Shown: positions 27,091 through 41,480, counted from the stretch's first letter. The stretch: 64,000 nt of DNA from Octopus vulgaris (GCA_951406725.2 OX597821.1:19840001-19904000), one strand, 5' to 3'. Program-made: numbers and translations. The notes: generated from the letters alone by a model not told the origin.

Positions 27091-27897
27091 GCCCTGATGC
27101 AGTACCAGGCATGCCCTGATGCAGTACCAAGCAGCGGCTATCAAGGCTTCTGATCTTAACTAACTGGAAGTGTTATCATGTACATTGTTTTGTCTTGGTA
27201 TAAAAGATGGGCTACAGCAAATATTCTGCTCAATACCACAGATTTGCTTGTCAGCTGTTTGACCTTAACCAGTTGAGCATGTCCCTTAGTGGCTGACGAT
27301 ATGTGCATCTCTGATCACGAGCAGAAGTAGTGGGGGAGCAATGCCCTGATGCAGTACCAGGCAGTGGCTCTCATGGCTTCTGATCTTAACTGATTGGAAG
27401 TGTTATCATGTACATTGTTTTGTCTTGGTATAAAAGATGGGCTACAGCAAATATTCTGCTCAAAACCACAGATTTGCTTGTCAGTTGTTTGACCTTAACC
27501 AGTTGAGCATGTCCCTTAGTGGCTGACGATATGTGCATCTCTGATCATGAGTAGAAGTAGTGGGGGAGCATCATAGCCATGTGTTGAGAGGGATTCTTTG
27601 GGGTTTGAATGATTCACCTCTGGAAACATGGGTGTGTCATTCAACATCCTTAAACATCCCTTAATCAGGGACCTTTTGAGTGGGATGGGTTACCCAACCA
27701 GAAGAAAATTCTAACTGGGCCCCACCCGCAAGGTCATGCGCTGTTTATCTTGTTATGAGATCACCATGTCGCGCACATATGGTTGTGATGCATGTGCCTA
27801 ATGTGCCCTTATCAGACGGGTAGTCATGATGGGTATACTGGGCTTCGTATATTTCTACCCCAGTGTCACTTTGATGTCATGCACTACTCTCTCACTC
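26467..27897 (-). mobile_element. Cluster of a 557-bp (AAT)n-targeted non-coding retroelement: full, 22-bp, 230-bp and full copies
   Basis: Copies at 26467-27023, 27089-27110, 27111-27340 and 27341-27897 all begin ATGCCCTGATGCAGTACC on +. (AAT)n flanks. Strand inferred from the shared end. Confidence 0.85.
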
Positions 27898-27975
<78 letters not shown>

Positions 27976-27999
27976 TTCAAAATTTGAACACAAGTGCAG

Positions 28000-28400
28000 C
28001 TTAGGATAGAGGATTAAGTCGATTATGTCGACCGCAGTGTTTCACTGGCACTTAATTTATCAACCCCGATTGGATGAAAGCCAAATCGACTTTTTCGAGA
28101 TTTGAACTCAGAACGTAAAAGCAAACAAAATGCCGCTATGTATTTTGCCCGACCAGCAAACTATTCTGCCAGCAATGATGATGATTTCTTACATAAGCAA
28201 ATACCAGCAGCTTGGAAGTGAATAGATTAGTCGATAGCATTAACACCAGTACTTGACCGGTATCTAATTTCATTGAGCTCTTCAATGTCAAACAGCAAAG
28301 TCGTCCTAATTTAATTTTGAAATCAGAACGTAACAAAATTCTCGTAGAATTAGTGATTGGCATTTCCTCAGAGTTCTAATGATTCTGTCAATCTGCCATT
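28000..28400 (-). mobile_element. Two degenerate SINE copies (family of 63220-63525)
   Basis: TTAAGTCGATTATGTCGACC..GGATGAAAG..TTTGAACTCAGAACGTAA recurs. Confidence 0.65.
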
Positions 28401-28862
28401 CTAACGACAACAAAAATGAAAGAAGTTTCATGAGCGGTAACACTGTCAATGACAACTGCCTGAATACTAACGCAGCCGTTGGAATACCTTACCAACATCA
28501 CCGCTGGTAACCACTACAAATCCAACAATACTGCAGAACTAGAAAAAAAACAAATACCATAAACGTTCAACACTACTTTGATAAGCAGTGCAGACATACA
28601 TTATAAACAGAACAACAACGACATTCACAGATTCATTTCACAAACCTAAATCACTTTCGCGATAAACAAGAAATATTACGACCATCTTTATAGGCATCGA
28701 TATATCACGTGAAACAACGACAGAATTATATGTATAAGTACATATAAAAAAAGAGAACAATACACACACACAAATATATATACACGCACACAAACATATG
28801 TGTACACAAACACATATATACATCTTTATATATATATATATATATGCACACAAACAAACAAA

Positions 28863-28931
<69 letters not shown>

Positions 28932-29896
28932 TTGTTTGTGTGCATATATATAAACACATTTATATATACATACATAGACACACACACATACATGTATCTA
29001 TATACACATGTCTATTATACGTTGCATATGCATTTATATATAGGCAAATATACATAGTCACGTCCAAACACATAGGCACTCTCATGAATGTATGTTATGC
29101 ATTTGTGTATGTATATATATATGCGTTTGTAAGTATATTCGTGTGTGCGTGTGTGTGTGTGTGTTTCAATGTACGTAGATAGGTATGTATGAAAACAAGA
29201 GAAAAGTTACATTTGTGCTACTTTATATTTCTCGTCTTCTGCAGCCATTTGTTTTTATCAGTAAAGCTTTTCCACCGACTTAACGTTGCACGTGATGTTG
29301 TAAACGAGTGTTTTAGCTCATTCAAGCAGAAGATTCTCTAAGAATAGCCTTGACAAATATTCATATGCTGGTATTGATTCTCCCTCAACAAGAAGAATTC
29401 TAACTCTATTTTCCTCTATTCACATTTTCGTGTTGTACAGCATGCGCTCTCTCTCTTTCTCTCTCTCCATTTCTCTTTGACGTTCTTTTCCTCTATCACA
29501 CCGTCTTTCTCTCTCCCTCGATCATCATTTCTTTCTGAAATTTTTTCCTCCTTTCATTCCTTCTTTTTGTCTTAAATCTCACCCTCCCCTCGCTCTCTGC
29601 CTCGTCTTACTCTCTTATGTTTCGCATTTCCATCGTTGCGAAACCATTACAAAATGTCGGCTGTAACTAAAGAACTAATATGCTGTAGTGTAAATGTCGG
29701 TAGAGAGAAAAGCATCTAATATATACTGATTATGACATAGTGAATATGGATTCAGATTTTACGTACTAAGTGACATGGAGATCTATAGGTCCCTTTGTTT
29801 GTATATTTACCTATTCCTAGAACGCAAGTTCAAATTATTACATGACTATGCATGTGAATGTACGTAAGTATAGACACATATATGTATGTATGCATG

Positions 29897-29930
<34 letters not shown>

Positions 29931-30011
29931 TGTATGTATGTATGTATGTATGTATGTATGTATCTATCTATCTATCTATGTGTGTGTGTATGTATGTATG
30001 TATTTTTGTAG

Positions 30012-30080
<69 letters not shown>

Positions 30081-30905
30081 GATCTATCTATCTGAGTGTG
30101 TGTGTATAGAGTGTTTGAAGTTGTGTACAGATATTGTAGCGCTTTCGTACGTTTAACCGAACTCTTCAAGACAAAAATCCCAAATAATAAAAACAGAATG
30201 TTTCCTCATTTTTCATGTGAATCGGGTGTTTTTTTTTTTGTTTTGTTCAGAAGAGGAGAACATTTTTGTGCTTTTCGGGAGGAAAGGAGAAAGAGAGATA
30301 GATAGGGAGCAGGACAGTGGAGAAAGGAAAGATACACACGCAAATCCACACACACACACAAACACGCATACACACTCACATATATATAAAGCAAATAAGT
30401 AACAAGAATGCCCAGGTATGCTCTGATACCTGGACATCCTTGTTATTTGCTTTTTTATTCACCCAACTGCTAGCTGTGCCGACTATACTGAAATGGCTTT
30501 GTGCCTCAACTAAAGTACCTAATAAGTCCCTATCAAAATATAATATGTAAGCATAAACATACAAACACACACAGACACATGTATTTGTGTGTGTGTATGT
30601 ATATATGTATATTGCTGCCTCTACTAGGAATCATATGGTTGAGTACGCGGTTTCCTTGGGGTATAAATGATCGAGATTACCGCATTCTTCCTGAAAGGTA
30701 AGTCAGTCCGTAGCAATGTTACTAATTTACAGTTGAGTAGGGTGAAACAACGTGAAAGGAAGTGTGTTGCTTAAGAATACAACTTAACACCGTATCCTGG
30801 AATTAAATGACACTCTTGCGATCATTAGTACCACATCGTAAACATTAAGTTATGTACCTTCACAACATAATCACGTACTCACTGAACGTTACTAAAAGCC
30901 AGACC

Positions 30906-31249
30906 TACTCTTTTATCTTTTACTTGTTTCATTCATTTGACTGCGGCCATGCTGGAGCTCCGCCTTTAGTCGAGCAAATCGATCCCAGGGATTATTCTTT
31001 GTAAGCCTAGTCCATATCCTATCGATCTCTTTTGCTGAACCACTAAGTTACGAGGACGTAAACACACCAGCATCGGTTGTCAAGCGATGTTGGCAGGACA
31101 AACAAAGACACACACGTATATACACACACATACATGCACACACACACACACACATATAGTAGAAGACACTCGTCCAAGGTGCCACGCAGTGCGACTGAAC
31201 CCGGAACCACGTTGTTCGTAAGCAAGTTACTTACCACACAGCCGCTCCT
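30906..31249 (-). mobile_element. tRNA-derived SINE (family of 43617-44039), internally deleted
   Basis: CATTTGACTGCGGCCATGCTGGAGC..GAACCCGGAACCAC..CTTACCACACAGCC shared with the other copies. Confidence 0.85.
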
Positions 31250-31584
31250 AAGTGACTAAGTTTTGTTAATTGTTTTATATTGTCCGTAGGAACCCGCTCG
31301 ATTGACCCGTCCGTTGGTCCGGTGGCAGATGCATGTTCTGAAAGCTGCACGGAGAGAGAATTGCGCCAGCACTCTACAAGTGTTCATTTTCAGTCGAGTA
31401 GATGGAAAATTGAGCAATGAACTGCTTTACACAAAGACATACTTCACCTTTTGTTCCAGTAGTTCAACTCAAAACATTGTGACCCCGTTTAAAATACCAT
31501 AACCATTAGACAATGAACGAAAATTGATGAGCGCATGCTAATTAATGTATATTACGAAATTAATGCGTACAAGATTCAAATGTT

Positions 31585-31790
31585 ACCTAAATTGTATATG
31601 TAAATATGAGAGAGCGATCACTATGTGGTCTACTCTAGTGCTAGAGTAGAACACATAATGGTCGCTCTCTTATATTTATGTATAAATTTGTATTGTATCC
31701 CTGGTTTTTATGTGCTAAGCCACTTGGTGTTAAATTGATGGTATTATTAAATTAATATCAAATTTTTCACCCTCATTTATAAATTGTATA
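31585..31790 (+). mobile_element. PLE-type terminus with 38-bp fold-back
   Basis: Hairpin at 31601-31678 centred on CTAG-TG-CTAG. The downstream tail (..AAATTAAT..AATTTTTCACCCT) resembles 11460-11590. Confidence 0.6.
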
Positions 31791-32429
31791 TGTATGTATA
31801 TAGGCATATATATATTTGCGTGTTTCAGTTATATACTTTACCTTGTCTACTATTTAAATTTATAAAGTATAGTTTATAAGCGCATTTTATAAGGTTTTAC
31901 TTAATATGCTTAATATAAAGTATATTTATATATTGTATTATAAATCTCTATTATTAGCATTTTTGTTCTTCATCTTGATGTCTGATATGACTAGAAATAA
32001 TGAATTATGCATAATCTATGTTCATAAATACAATAAATAATAGCGTATTTACTAATTACAAGATATATTGAAGTTGTGCTTTTATTGTTCTTGTATTTCT
32101 ATATCTTTTATTTCATTTCTTTTTCTTTCTTGCAGTAGACCACATATTCGAGTTTTCATAGACACCATTTTTACGATTTACACACGTCCGCCATCGAAAT
32201 CGTCTAAAATATATCAAAAGCACCTAATATGCACATGCACACACACACACACACGCACATACACACAAACACTCATACACGTACGCAAGCGCGCACGCGC
32301 ACACACGCACGTACGCACACACACACGCATGCATGAAAGCACGCACGTACGTACATACGCACGCAAGCATGCACTCACACACAAACACATACACATATAT
32401 GTGTGCGAGAGCGTGATATACATATCAAT

Positions 32430-32795
32430 ATATATTAATAGTTATATGTATATATTAGTTATATAATATATATATATATATATATATAAATAGTGATATA
32501 TATATATATTAGTTATATGATATATATATTAATAGTTATATGTATTTATTAGTTATATAATATATATATATATATATTAATAGTTATATATATATATATT
32601 TATATATATATATATATTAGTTATATGGCATATATATATATTAATAGTTATATGTATGTATTAGTTATATGATATATATATATATATATTAATAGTTATA
32701 TGTATATATTAGTTATATGATATATATATATATTATTAGTTATATATATGCATATATATATATTAGTTATATAATGTATATATTAATAGTTATAT
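32430..32795. repeat. AT-rich minisatellite (TATT[AAT]AGTTATATG variants mixed with TA)
   Basis: More than ten visible TAGTTATAT cores. Confidence 0.85.
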
Positions 32796-33511
32796 GTATG
32801 TATGTATACATACACTAACAAATATACATGCACGCACAGAGCGCAAACCATGTTTCAGAAAAAAACATCTAATAATTTTCAATCTTTCTCACATTGCAGC
32901 CTATACACCCACACTCTATCTTATCAAGGCTGCTTCCCTTACTGTCTTCACGCCCATTCTTCTCTCTCCCTTTCTCCCCTTTTGTCTCTCCCCATCTCTC
33001 TTCTCTCAAACATTATCTCTAATAACTATGTGAATCTTACTAAGTCACTCCATCCTTTTCCCTTGTATACGCCAACTGCTTCCCATACTTATGCATACCT
33101 CCCATTAGATATTAGTTCTTTTTTTCTCCATTTAACATTGCTCTCTTATAGTTTGAGAATATTTTGAACGTTTTCGTTTCTGTTTATCGTCTGTTCGCTT
33201 CTTTTTTTCCCTTTAGTTTCCAACATGATTAATTTTTCTATTAATTATTGTGCTATTATATCAATTTTCTCGTAACTTTTCCACAATATAATGGTGATTT
33301 TTTTTATACGTATCATTTTGATTGTGCTTTAGATACAGAGACGTTTTGCTGTATTTGGTTTAGAAAACTGCGAGCAAGTGCTTTCCGATACGTAGATATA
33401 TGTGCATGAGTTTGTCCATTTATTAACGAGAATCCACGCTTGCGTATTATATGTGTGTATATACGCTGAATGAGAAGAAAAGTGCACTTGTATGTGTGTG
33501 TGTGTGTGTGT

Positions 33512-33899
33512 GTATTAATATATATCGCCAAGCTAACATGGCAGTCCAGGAAAATAGGTCGAAAGATTCCGTTGATTAGCTCCAGGGAGCCATCGCCTCT
33601 AGCTAGCTATGTGACACACGAATCTGTGTCCATTATAACCTTCGAACAGGGGAGGTCAGCAGCTTCCACTTGTTGGTTCATCAACCACAGATTAGTTTCG
33701 GGGTGATTGCTCCTCATCAATGTAGAGTAGCCGAACCAACCAGGCGTCGCTGCTCACCTCTCCTGTTCAAAGGTTGTAATGGACACAGGTTTCTGTGTCA
33801 CATAGCTAGCTTGTAGCGATGGCCTCTTGGAGTTAATTGACGGCAGCATTCGTCCTATTTTCTTCACTGCCCTGTTAGCTTGGCGATAACTATTAATAC
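33512..33899. mobile_element. 388-bp rod-like imperfect hairpin element with HHR in the apical region
   Basis: 33512-33680 is complementary to 33727-33899 (e.g. TATCGCCAAGCTAACA / TGTTAGCTTGGCGATA and AGCTAGCTATGTGACACA / TGTGTCACATAGCTAGCT). Confidence 0.85.
33685..33725 (-). ncRNA. Minimal type I hammerhead ribozyme (slightly decayed)
   Basis: Minus strand: CTACA-TTGATGA-GGAG caatca CCCC-GAAA-CTAA-TC-TGTGG. Helix I CTACA/TGTGG, one core change (C3 to U), one helix II mismatch. Confidence 0.72.
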
Positions 33900-33981
33900 T
33901 GCTGCCGTAGTCTCATTTAAAGAGATATGTGTGTGCGTGTTTGTGTGTGAGTGTGTGTGTGTGTGTGCGTGTGTGTGTATT

Positions 33982-34021
<40 letters not shown>

Positions 34022-34029
34022 TGATCTAT

Positions 34030-34505
34030 TTTTCTAATTTTTCTAAATCTTCCACTGAGGAGGGAGCCGGTTTCCAACAACGACACATGTCTCCATATTT
34101 GGGATGAAGTTAACGCAGATAAATTCACATTTGGAATTTGAGGAAAGACTCGCATATTTTTACTGTTCTTAAGCATTTACTAAAAAAACCTAGTGCTCCA
34201 TTTATTATTGGTAGGAATATGAATTCATAGTCTGGATATAGAACCTGGAGGTTTCGAAGCTTGTTGTGCATTATACCCTCTTTTTCTTTCATTTTCAAAG
34301 AGATATTTATATCTGCCAGCTGACCTCTATGATGGTACATACCTTTGTCCCTGTCCCAAACAACAATATCCGGACCGTTACGTTTATATTTGACAGACGT
34401 TTTGACGCGAGTATTCCACCTGCATTCCTTGAGTTGGTATTTATGGATGTATTCCTTAACAGAAGGACTTTTCTAAGCTTATTTCAGGACTACTTTTTGC
34501 GGATG
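34030..34505 (-). pseudogene. Restriction-like endonuclease fragment of a non-LTR retrotransposon
   Basis: Minus strand WNTRVKTSVKYKRNGPDIVVWDRDK..TIIEVS..DINISLK..EK..LYPDYEFIFLPIINGALG (PD-(D/E)xK type), frameshifted. Confidence 0.78.
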
Positions 34506-34684
34506 GTGTTTTATATATATATATATATATATAAAATAAAATACAATACAAAATGGGATAAGAACGCAAAACGGGACGACAAAACATCCAGATAGACGAA
34601 ACCAAAACAAAACGATACAAATATATATATATATATATAAATATATGTATATATATATATATGCACATATACATATTACATACA

Positions 34685-35200
34685 TATAAGAGGGATGACC
34701 ACTAAGAGGACATCCCTTATTCTAGAAATTGACTCCCTATGGAATATTCTCAAGAAAATTTAGCAAAACGCTAGGACGTAAGTGAGCAAGACAAATGAAA
34801 AGAAACAAAATATACAGATTAATCACAAACCTGTTTCGTTGTTACCACTTACGTAATCACTTACGTAGATGTCCGCAACTCGTCAGTGTGGTCGGTATAG
34901 CAAAATATAATTTGCAGAACTACATACGAGGCATTCGCATGAGATTGAACATGTATATTGTTCTACCAATTACATTTGGGGTTGTTCCTCTTCGATTACT
35001 ATCGCAAACAGCAGTAGCTGTCTTCAACCGAATACACGTCGTTGATTGGTTGAATTTACCCAAATACGACAAATTCAACATGAAATAACTTCTAAAATAC
35101 AGAATTTTATGAAAAGCGCTCGGCGTAAACCGTGTTCTACGTGAGAAATTCTACCGGTATTCGACGTTTTAAACAGTTTAGTTTAAAAAATTAATTAAAA
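34685..35200 (-). mobile_element. PLE-type terminal repeat with HHR (family of 11292-11590)
   Basis: GGATGACCACTAA..CTAGAAAT.GACTCCCTATGG..TCTCAAGAAAA..TAGCAAA shared with 11296-11390. Abuts (TA)n. Right boundary approximate. Confidence 0.7.
34824..34890 (-). ncRNA. Type I hammerhead ribozyme
   Basis: Minus strand: CACA-CTGACGA-GTTG..(34 nt)..CAAC-GAAA-CAGG-TT-TGTG. Intact core with helices I and II. Confidence 0.8.
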
Positions 35201-35253
35201 AAACCTGTGATTGAGATGGAGTAGATCCTGAAATCTACATCTATCTGGTTATA

Positions 35254-35295
<42 letters not shown>

Positions 35296-35486
35296 TATAT
35301 ACATATACCTCTACATGTGTGTGCGCCTGCGTACGTTCATGTATACGCATAACTAATTAGTCAAACGTACAAACTACCTTCGAAGCTAATTTGACGTATT
35401 TATTTTAAGTGGCATATATATTATTTTATATGCCATGTTATGTTCCAAAAGGTATATATTAGAATTCTTACACACACATACACACA

Positions 35487-35532
<46 letters not shown>

Positions 35533-35942
35533 TACACACGCACACACATACATTAGATCGATTCCAGTACGCAACTGGCACTTAATTTATCGACCCCGAA
35601 AATGAAAGGCAAAGTGCATCTCGGCGGAATTTGAACTGAGAATGAAAAGGATGCAACAATGAACCAGACAGTCAGAAGAAGTCAGGTTTAACGGTCTAAA
35701 TCAACGAGAAATAATCAATGAATTTGGAAATATTTAACTGTAACGTAGGCGAGGTAGGATATGTCTTGGATCAAATAGCCATTCTTGCTCGGAAAAGTTC
35801 CAGACAGCATTTCACTTCTAGTGAAATTCTCGATGAAAAGACTAGACACGATAAAAGCATATACATACTTATATACATACATACATACATACATACATAC
35901 ATACATACACACTCACACACACACACATGAAATATTTATTCT

Positions 35943-35991
<49 letters not shown>

Positions 35992-37122
35992 TGAAATATT
36001 CTTTTCAACGGCTTTTGTGAAATAGGAACAAGTATAGCGGCATATAATTAAGAAATTCTACCAACTTTTCACAAAAATTCTTCAGATGGCAAATATGAAA
36101 GCTTTTCAAAGAATAAAACGCATGTAAGTGCCATCTTTAGAAGTCTTAAAACGCAGTTATTACTCATATACACAAAAGATAAGAAGTTAAAGAAATTCCA
36201 GCTTTGAACTGTTGTGAAGTGTGATCTTTTATTAATTTTCTCAGCATCAAATGGAACTCGTTTGCATAGTTTGAATATCAGTTTTTACTTAAATTCTTAG
36301 TTATAATCTCTTTCTCAGGAAGAAATATATTTCAATAAAGATGCGAACTCGTATATAATTATTAAAGACGCATGTAAATAATAGAAAAGAAACATTTGTG
36401 GACTGACATAAACGCACTCACACATATACGTGCATGTGTATATGAACTATATATATATATACACACACATACATGCATATATGTATGTGCGTGTGCGAGC
36501 GCACATGTATGTATATTCTGTATATGAATATACACTGATATGTGCAAATATATAAGGCCATTTACGAGGTGAATATATTTCTCATCTGTGATATATTTAT
36601 GCAGATGGATACATGTTACATATCTTACATTCTATGAGCAACAAACATATTTGGACAGATACGCACACACATTGCGCGTAACGCGCTGTAACAAAACGGA
36701 CGCACATATATATTCACATATGCACATAATCAAACACACACTCGGCGATAATCCCTTGCTCCTGCTTCCTGGCCTTACGTATTGGCGGCTTCGTAAGAGC
36801 AATCATATTCGTATCTGAGGAATTGTTGGATGATTGCAGCAGAATGGTCGCCACCAAAGGCTACCGTTGGCCCTTGTTAGACCTGCTGTAAAAACCAAGA
36901 ACCGCATATATTTTGTATATAATTCTAATTTATGAAATTTCTATCATAAACATTTTACAAACCAACCTTATGATATAAAATTCATTCTAAATATGCCAGC
37001 TGCAATGCCAGGTCCCTAAGGAGTCAATTGTTAATCGAATTGTTTCTACTACTTGCAGTCCTGATATAACATCCACTTACTTTATCTCATTATGTTCCTC
37101 AAGTTATTGCGATTTTACTTGT

Positions 37123-37181
<59 letters not shown>

Positions 37182-37724
37182 TGTTTTTTATTTGGACTAT
37201 TTCAAAGTTTATGTAACTTGATGTCATTCTAAATATCAAATAAATTCATCACTCACTCATTTCTATACGGAAGACGCAGGGTCAATTTTCTCATGGCGAG
37301 GGATGCAATAATTCACTGTTCCAAAAAACGACGGGAATTCCTTTCTAACTTTTACTTAGAATGGCTGTCGACGAATAACTGTGGACCTTTTGGATCTAGT
37401 ACAAAATACATACATATATATCATACTATAATCATACTATAATGGACGTAATGTCAGCCCGTTCGTCCGTCTGTACTCGCATCACGTCCAAAAGATTGGG
37501 CCAATCGGCATGAAACACTGTAGGGGTGTTTTATATAGGGTGCTTTATATATAGGTTTAGTCCCTCACTCACCCCTATTTTCTGAGAAATTCCACCGTAT
37601 TCCTTCTACCAAAGTTATCTCTGTGTGCCAAAGTTACCTCAATTGATATTTCTCGGGTAGGGCGGGGGCGGGGGCAGAAGCAGGAGGTCAAGCATGTCTA
37701 TTGCTTAACCATTTTCTCACACCA

Positions 37725-37770
37725 TCTCTGATGCAGGGATATATAAAATATCCCTAAAACAGCTGCAAGA
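37725..37770 (+). ncRNA. Decayed type I hammerhead ribozyme
   Basis: TCT-CTGATGC-AGGGATAT ataaa ATATCCCT-AAAA-CAGCTG-CA-AGA: perfect helix II and palindromic helix III, but three core substitutions. Confidence 0.6.
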
Positions 37771-37974
37771 CCTTCTATTTATAAATGATCTAAAATCTTT
37801 CACAGCCTTGGATTTTTATTTCATTCTAAAAATTTTATTTATATATTACACATACTGATACATGACCTACGTTGGACTCCTTATTCGCATAATCACCGAA
37901 TCTGGAGCTTAACTATAATCTGTCCATAGCACTTACTCAGCATTTCCTGACACTATTACCTCTCATAACTCCAC

Positions 37975-38007
<33 letters not shown>

Positions 38008-38128
38008 GATAGATATATCATTCACTTCCTTGTTTATCTCAAACAGTAAAATATTGAGCTTCGTGTAATAAGTTCTTGTAACTTGTCTTCCGTTGATGTA
38101 TTGTACGAAACAAACACAATACTATTGT

Positions 38129-38201
<73 letters not shown>

Positions 38202-40047
38202 GTAATAAACAATCCACTGTTAAATTGCTTCTGGTTTATATTTTCGTTTTTATTAAAACCATTATTATCATTGATGTTGATATTGGAACACAATTTGTTT
38301 TGATAATTTTATAATTAGATTTCATTTCATTCTACTTAATGAAAGGCTTAATCACCTAATTAACTACCATTCAGTCTCAGCTAATACCGTTGCAATGGTA
38401 ATGGTTAAGTTAAAGCTTTCATAGCTATCGCTTCTAAGGCTGCCCTTCGTTGAATGCTTCATAGGGTTCTATCTTTGTTGTTCTCTGCTACAAATGTTGT
38501 TTTCCCAATTTTTTAGTCGCTCACTAATTTACTTTTAATTATTTATTTATTTAATTATTCGGGTGAATAGGCCGATCGTGTTCTATGAAAGTACAAACAC
38601 CAAAGAAATTAATATGTGCGTACACAAACAAGTTACAAAACTGTATGTATATTTATATATATATGTATGGATGTATGTATGTATGTATGTATGCATGTAC
38701 GTATGTATGTATGTATGTATATATATATATATTTATATATATATATATATATATACATATATATATGTACATATAAATATCAATATATTATAAATATATA
38801 AGTATATATACACATAAGTATTATATCTATGTTTATATCTATATCTATATAAGTATATATATGTGTGTGTGTATGTGTGTCTATATTTACGTAGATATAC
38901 GTTTCTCTCTGTCTTTATATACATATGTGTTGTGGGGGTGCTACACATAAATAAGTGTATGTATTTGAAAATATTCACTTACATACACATGTGCAAACCC
39001 ACACATATGAATATTTGTAACTATTCGTATGTATTTGTGTGATATATGCATACGTTTATGTCGGATTGCTGGTCGGCGGAAAGGAAGCTTGTATATACTT
39101 TTATTCATATATGTATGTGACTTCAGATTGCTTATTTTTCTAATAATAATATACGGTGTTTGATTTATCTATTTATATGTATTAAATTATATGCATATTT
39201 TATGTGTAACTTTGATTGTAAACGTACGCATTAATGTGGACAGTATTAATGTAATTGTAAATATTATAGGTGAAAAAGAAACATCGCAACATATTTATGA
39301 ATATATGTATGTCTAGATGTATTTACAATCAAGAGAATGTACAAATACGCAGGGCATTATACAGTACTAAAAATAAATGCAACAAAATATCAATAATTAG
39401 GAAATATTTTATTAAAATGTCCAAAATTAAAATATATTAAAAAAATGCAATGAAATGCTAATAGAAATTTAGAATGATGGCGGTTTGGTATCGAGGGAAG
39501 GGTGTACAGGAAACATTACAAATGGATAGCTATGGAGTGAGAGTGGAACTTAATGTAGAAAGGTGTTTTGTCAATTGTTTTCCGTTGTTAATCAGTGGTT
39601 GTGCATTTTGGAATCAAAGTGGTTTAACCCGTTTTCACCTGAACCTGACTTTAAAGATAACATTCTTTCTGTCACCGCTTCGAAATTAATCTAGTAGCAT
39701 AATACAGGTATTTACAACATTTAATTATTTAAAAACACAATATTCTTATCGAAAGAATAAAATCATTTGGCGGAATGTTGATTTTTTCTGCTTAACGCAA
39801 CATGTAGGTGTCAAATCTGCTAGTGTAAGTGAAAAGGTTTCAAGAACAGACCAGTTTCGCTTATCATACTTATTGTATTTGCAGTGGTATTACTGTTTTC
39901 CGGCTCTCAAAATAAATACAAATGCTGGGTATTTCGGTTTTTATTTGAATTTACTGTGAGACATGTATATTTTCTCTATCATCAATGTAATTTAAGCTTC
40001 ATATACCAAGGAGTTTTCAAGATATTTTCCAGTGACAAGACAATGTA

Positions 40048-41282
40048 CATGGGTCATCCCATAAATAATGCTGTTTTTTCAACTGCTTGGACTAAAAGCC
40101 AGAGGGGGGGGGATAAACTACCTGCACCAAGTTGCTATAAACGCAGGTAGCAATTTTACCTTGTACTTATTCTTAGTGCAAGTTTTGAAGAGTGCAGTTC
40201 GATTTTAACATTTATTTTTTCAAAGCTATAATTGAAATGACAAAGGAGCACATTTGGCATATTTTGCTTTATAAGTTCAATGACAGCAACAGCACAATGG
40301 AAACACAACGGAGGAATATTAATGTAGTATATAGGGAACGTCAATAAGCGTAAGCCAGTGTCAACGTGGCTCGTCCTGGAAGATCTCTAAAGCTCGATGA
40401 GGACAGCCTGAAAAACTGAAAAACATAATACCATCGTAACTGCTGAGGAACTAACAGAGAAACTTGGATTTGGTCATTCAACCATTCATAGAAAAATGTG
40501 GGCCATTGGAAAAGTTAGCAAACTGGGTCAATGGGTTCCTCACACACTTTCTTAGTCTAAACGCGTGCAGAGAGTGAATGTATGCCCTTCTTTGCTGTCA
40601 CATCTCACGAATAAACCCATTTTAGACCGAATAGTGACTGGTAACGAGAAATGGGTTCTCTATAAAAATGTGAAACGCCGAATTCAGTGGATAGGGAAAG
40701 GAGAAACTCTGACATCCCAGGCTAAAGAATGTCTTCACCCACGTAATGTGTTGTATCTGTTTGGTGGGATATGAAAAATCTATTCCACTTTGAACTTTTA
40801 AACCGAAACCAAGCGATAACAATGGAGATCTACTTTGAGCAGCTTGAGCGGCTTAAGTCAGCGCTTGAAGAAAAACGATCATCTTTGGTTTCTAGACGAA
40901 CGGTGTTCTTCCATCAGGATAATTCTCGGCGACATATATCGATGATGGCATTCCAAAGGCTGTAACAGTTCGAATGGGAAACTAAGCCCGAGGTACTATA
41001 TTCGCCGGACATTGCCAAATCTCATTATAATTCATTATGTAGTCTTCAAAATCAATTGGACGGAAAACTATGAATTTTGTAGAAGAGGTCAGTAGAGTAC
41101 TGGCGTCACGAACAAGTGAACTTTGGAAAAGAACCTTCCAAGTTTACTAAATAGATGGAACAACATTGTAGAAAAGGAAGGAGAGTAAAAAAGAGCTTTA
41201 CATTAAGAAAAGAAATTTGTTTATCTTTATTTTGAAAAATAACAGAAGTAAAACAACCGCATTATTTTTTGGGATGGTCCAA
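40048..41282 (+). mobile_element. Full-length degenerate mariner transposon
   Basis: TIRs CATGGGTCATCCCATAAATAATGC / GCATTATTTTTTGGGATGGTCCAA with TA flanks. Motifs WVPHTL, LDRIVTGNEKWVLYKN, FFHQDNSRRH and YSPDIA, with stops and frameshifts. Confidence 0.92.
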
Positions 41283-41479
41283 TATTTCTATTAATTTTAG
41301 AAACAGATATAAGTTTAAAGTTATTAGTAATTGTAAGATTTCTTTTGTTAATCTTAGTTTCAAACGGCAAGATATTCAGTGCAATGTTTGCTGAATTTGA
41401 CTGGTTTTGTGAGAATTATCCACCGTCATTTAGGTCTAGAGTGATATCTAACAAATCTATAGACGAAAAAAAAGAGGAA

Positions 41480-41480
41480 T

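Noticed and set aside
26467-27897. Repeat-spacer appearance suggesting a CRISPR-like array
   Set aside because: Eukaryotic context. The repeats are nested truncations of one element, with no unique spacers or cas genes.
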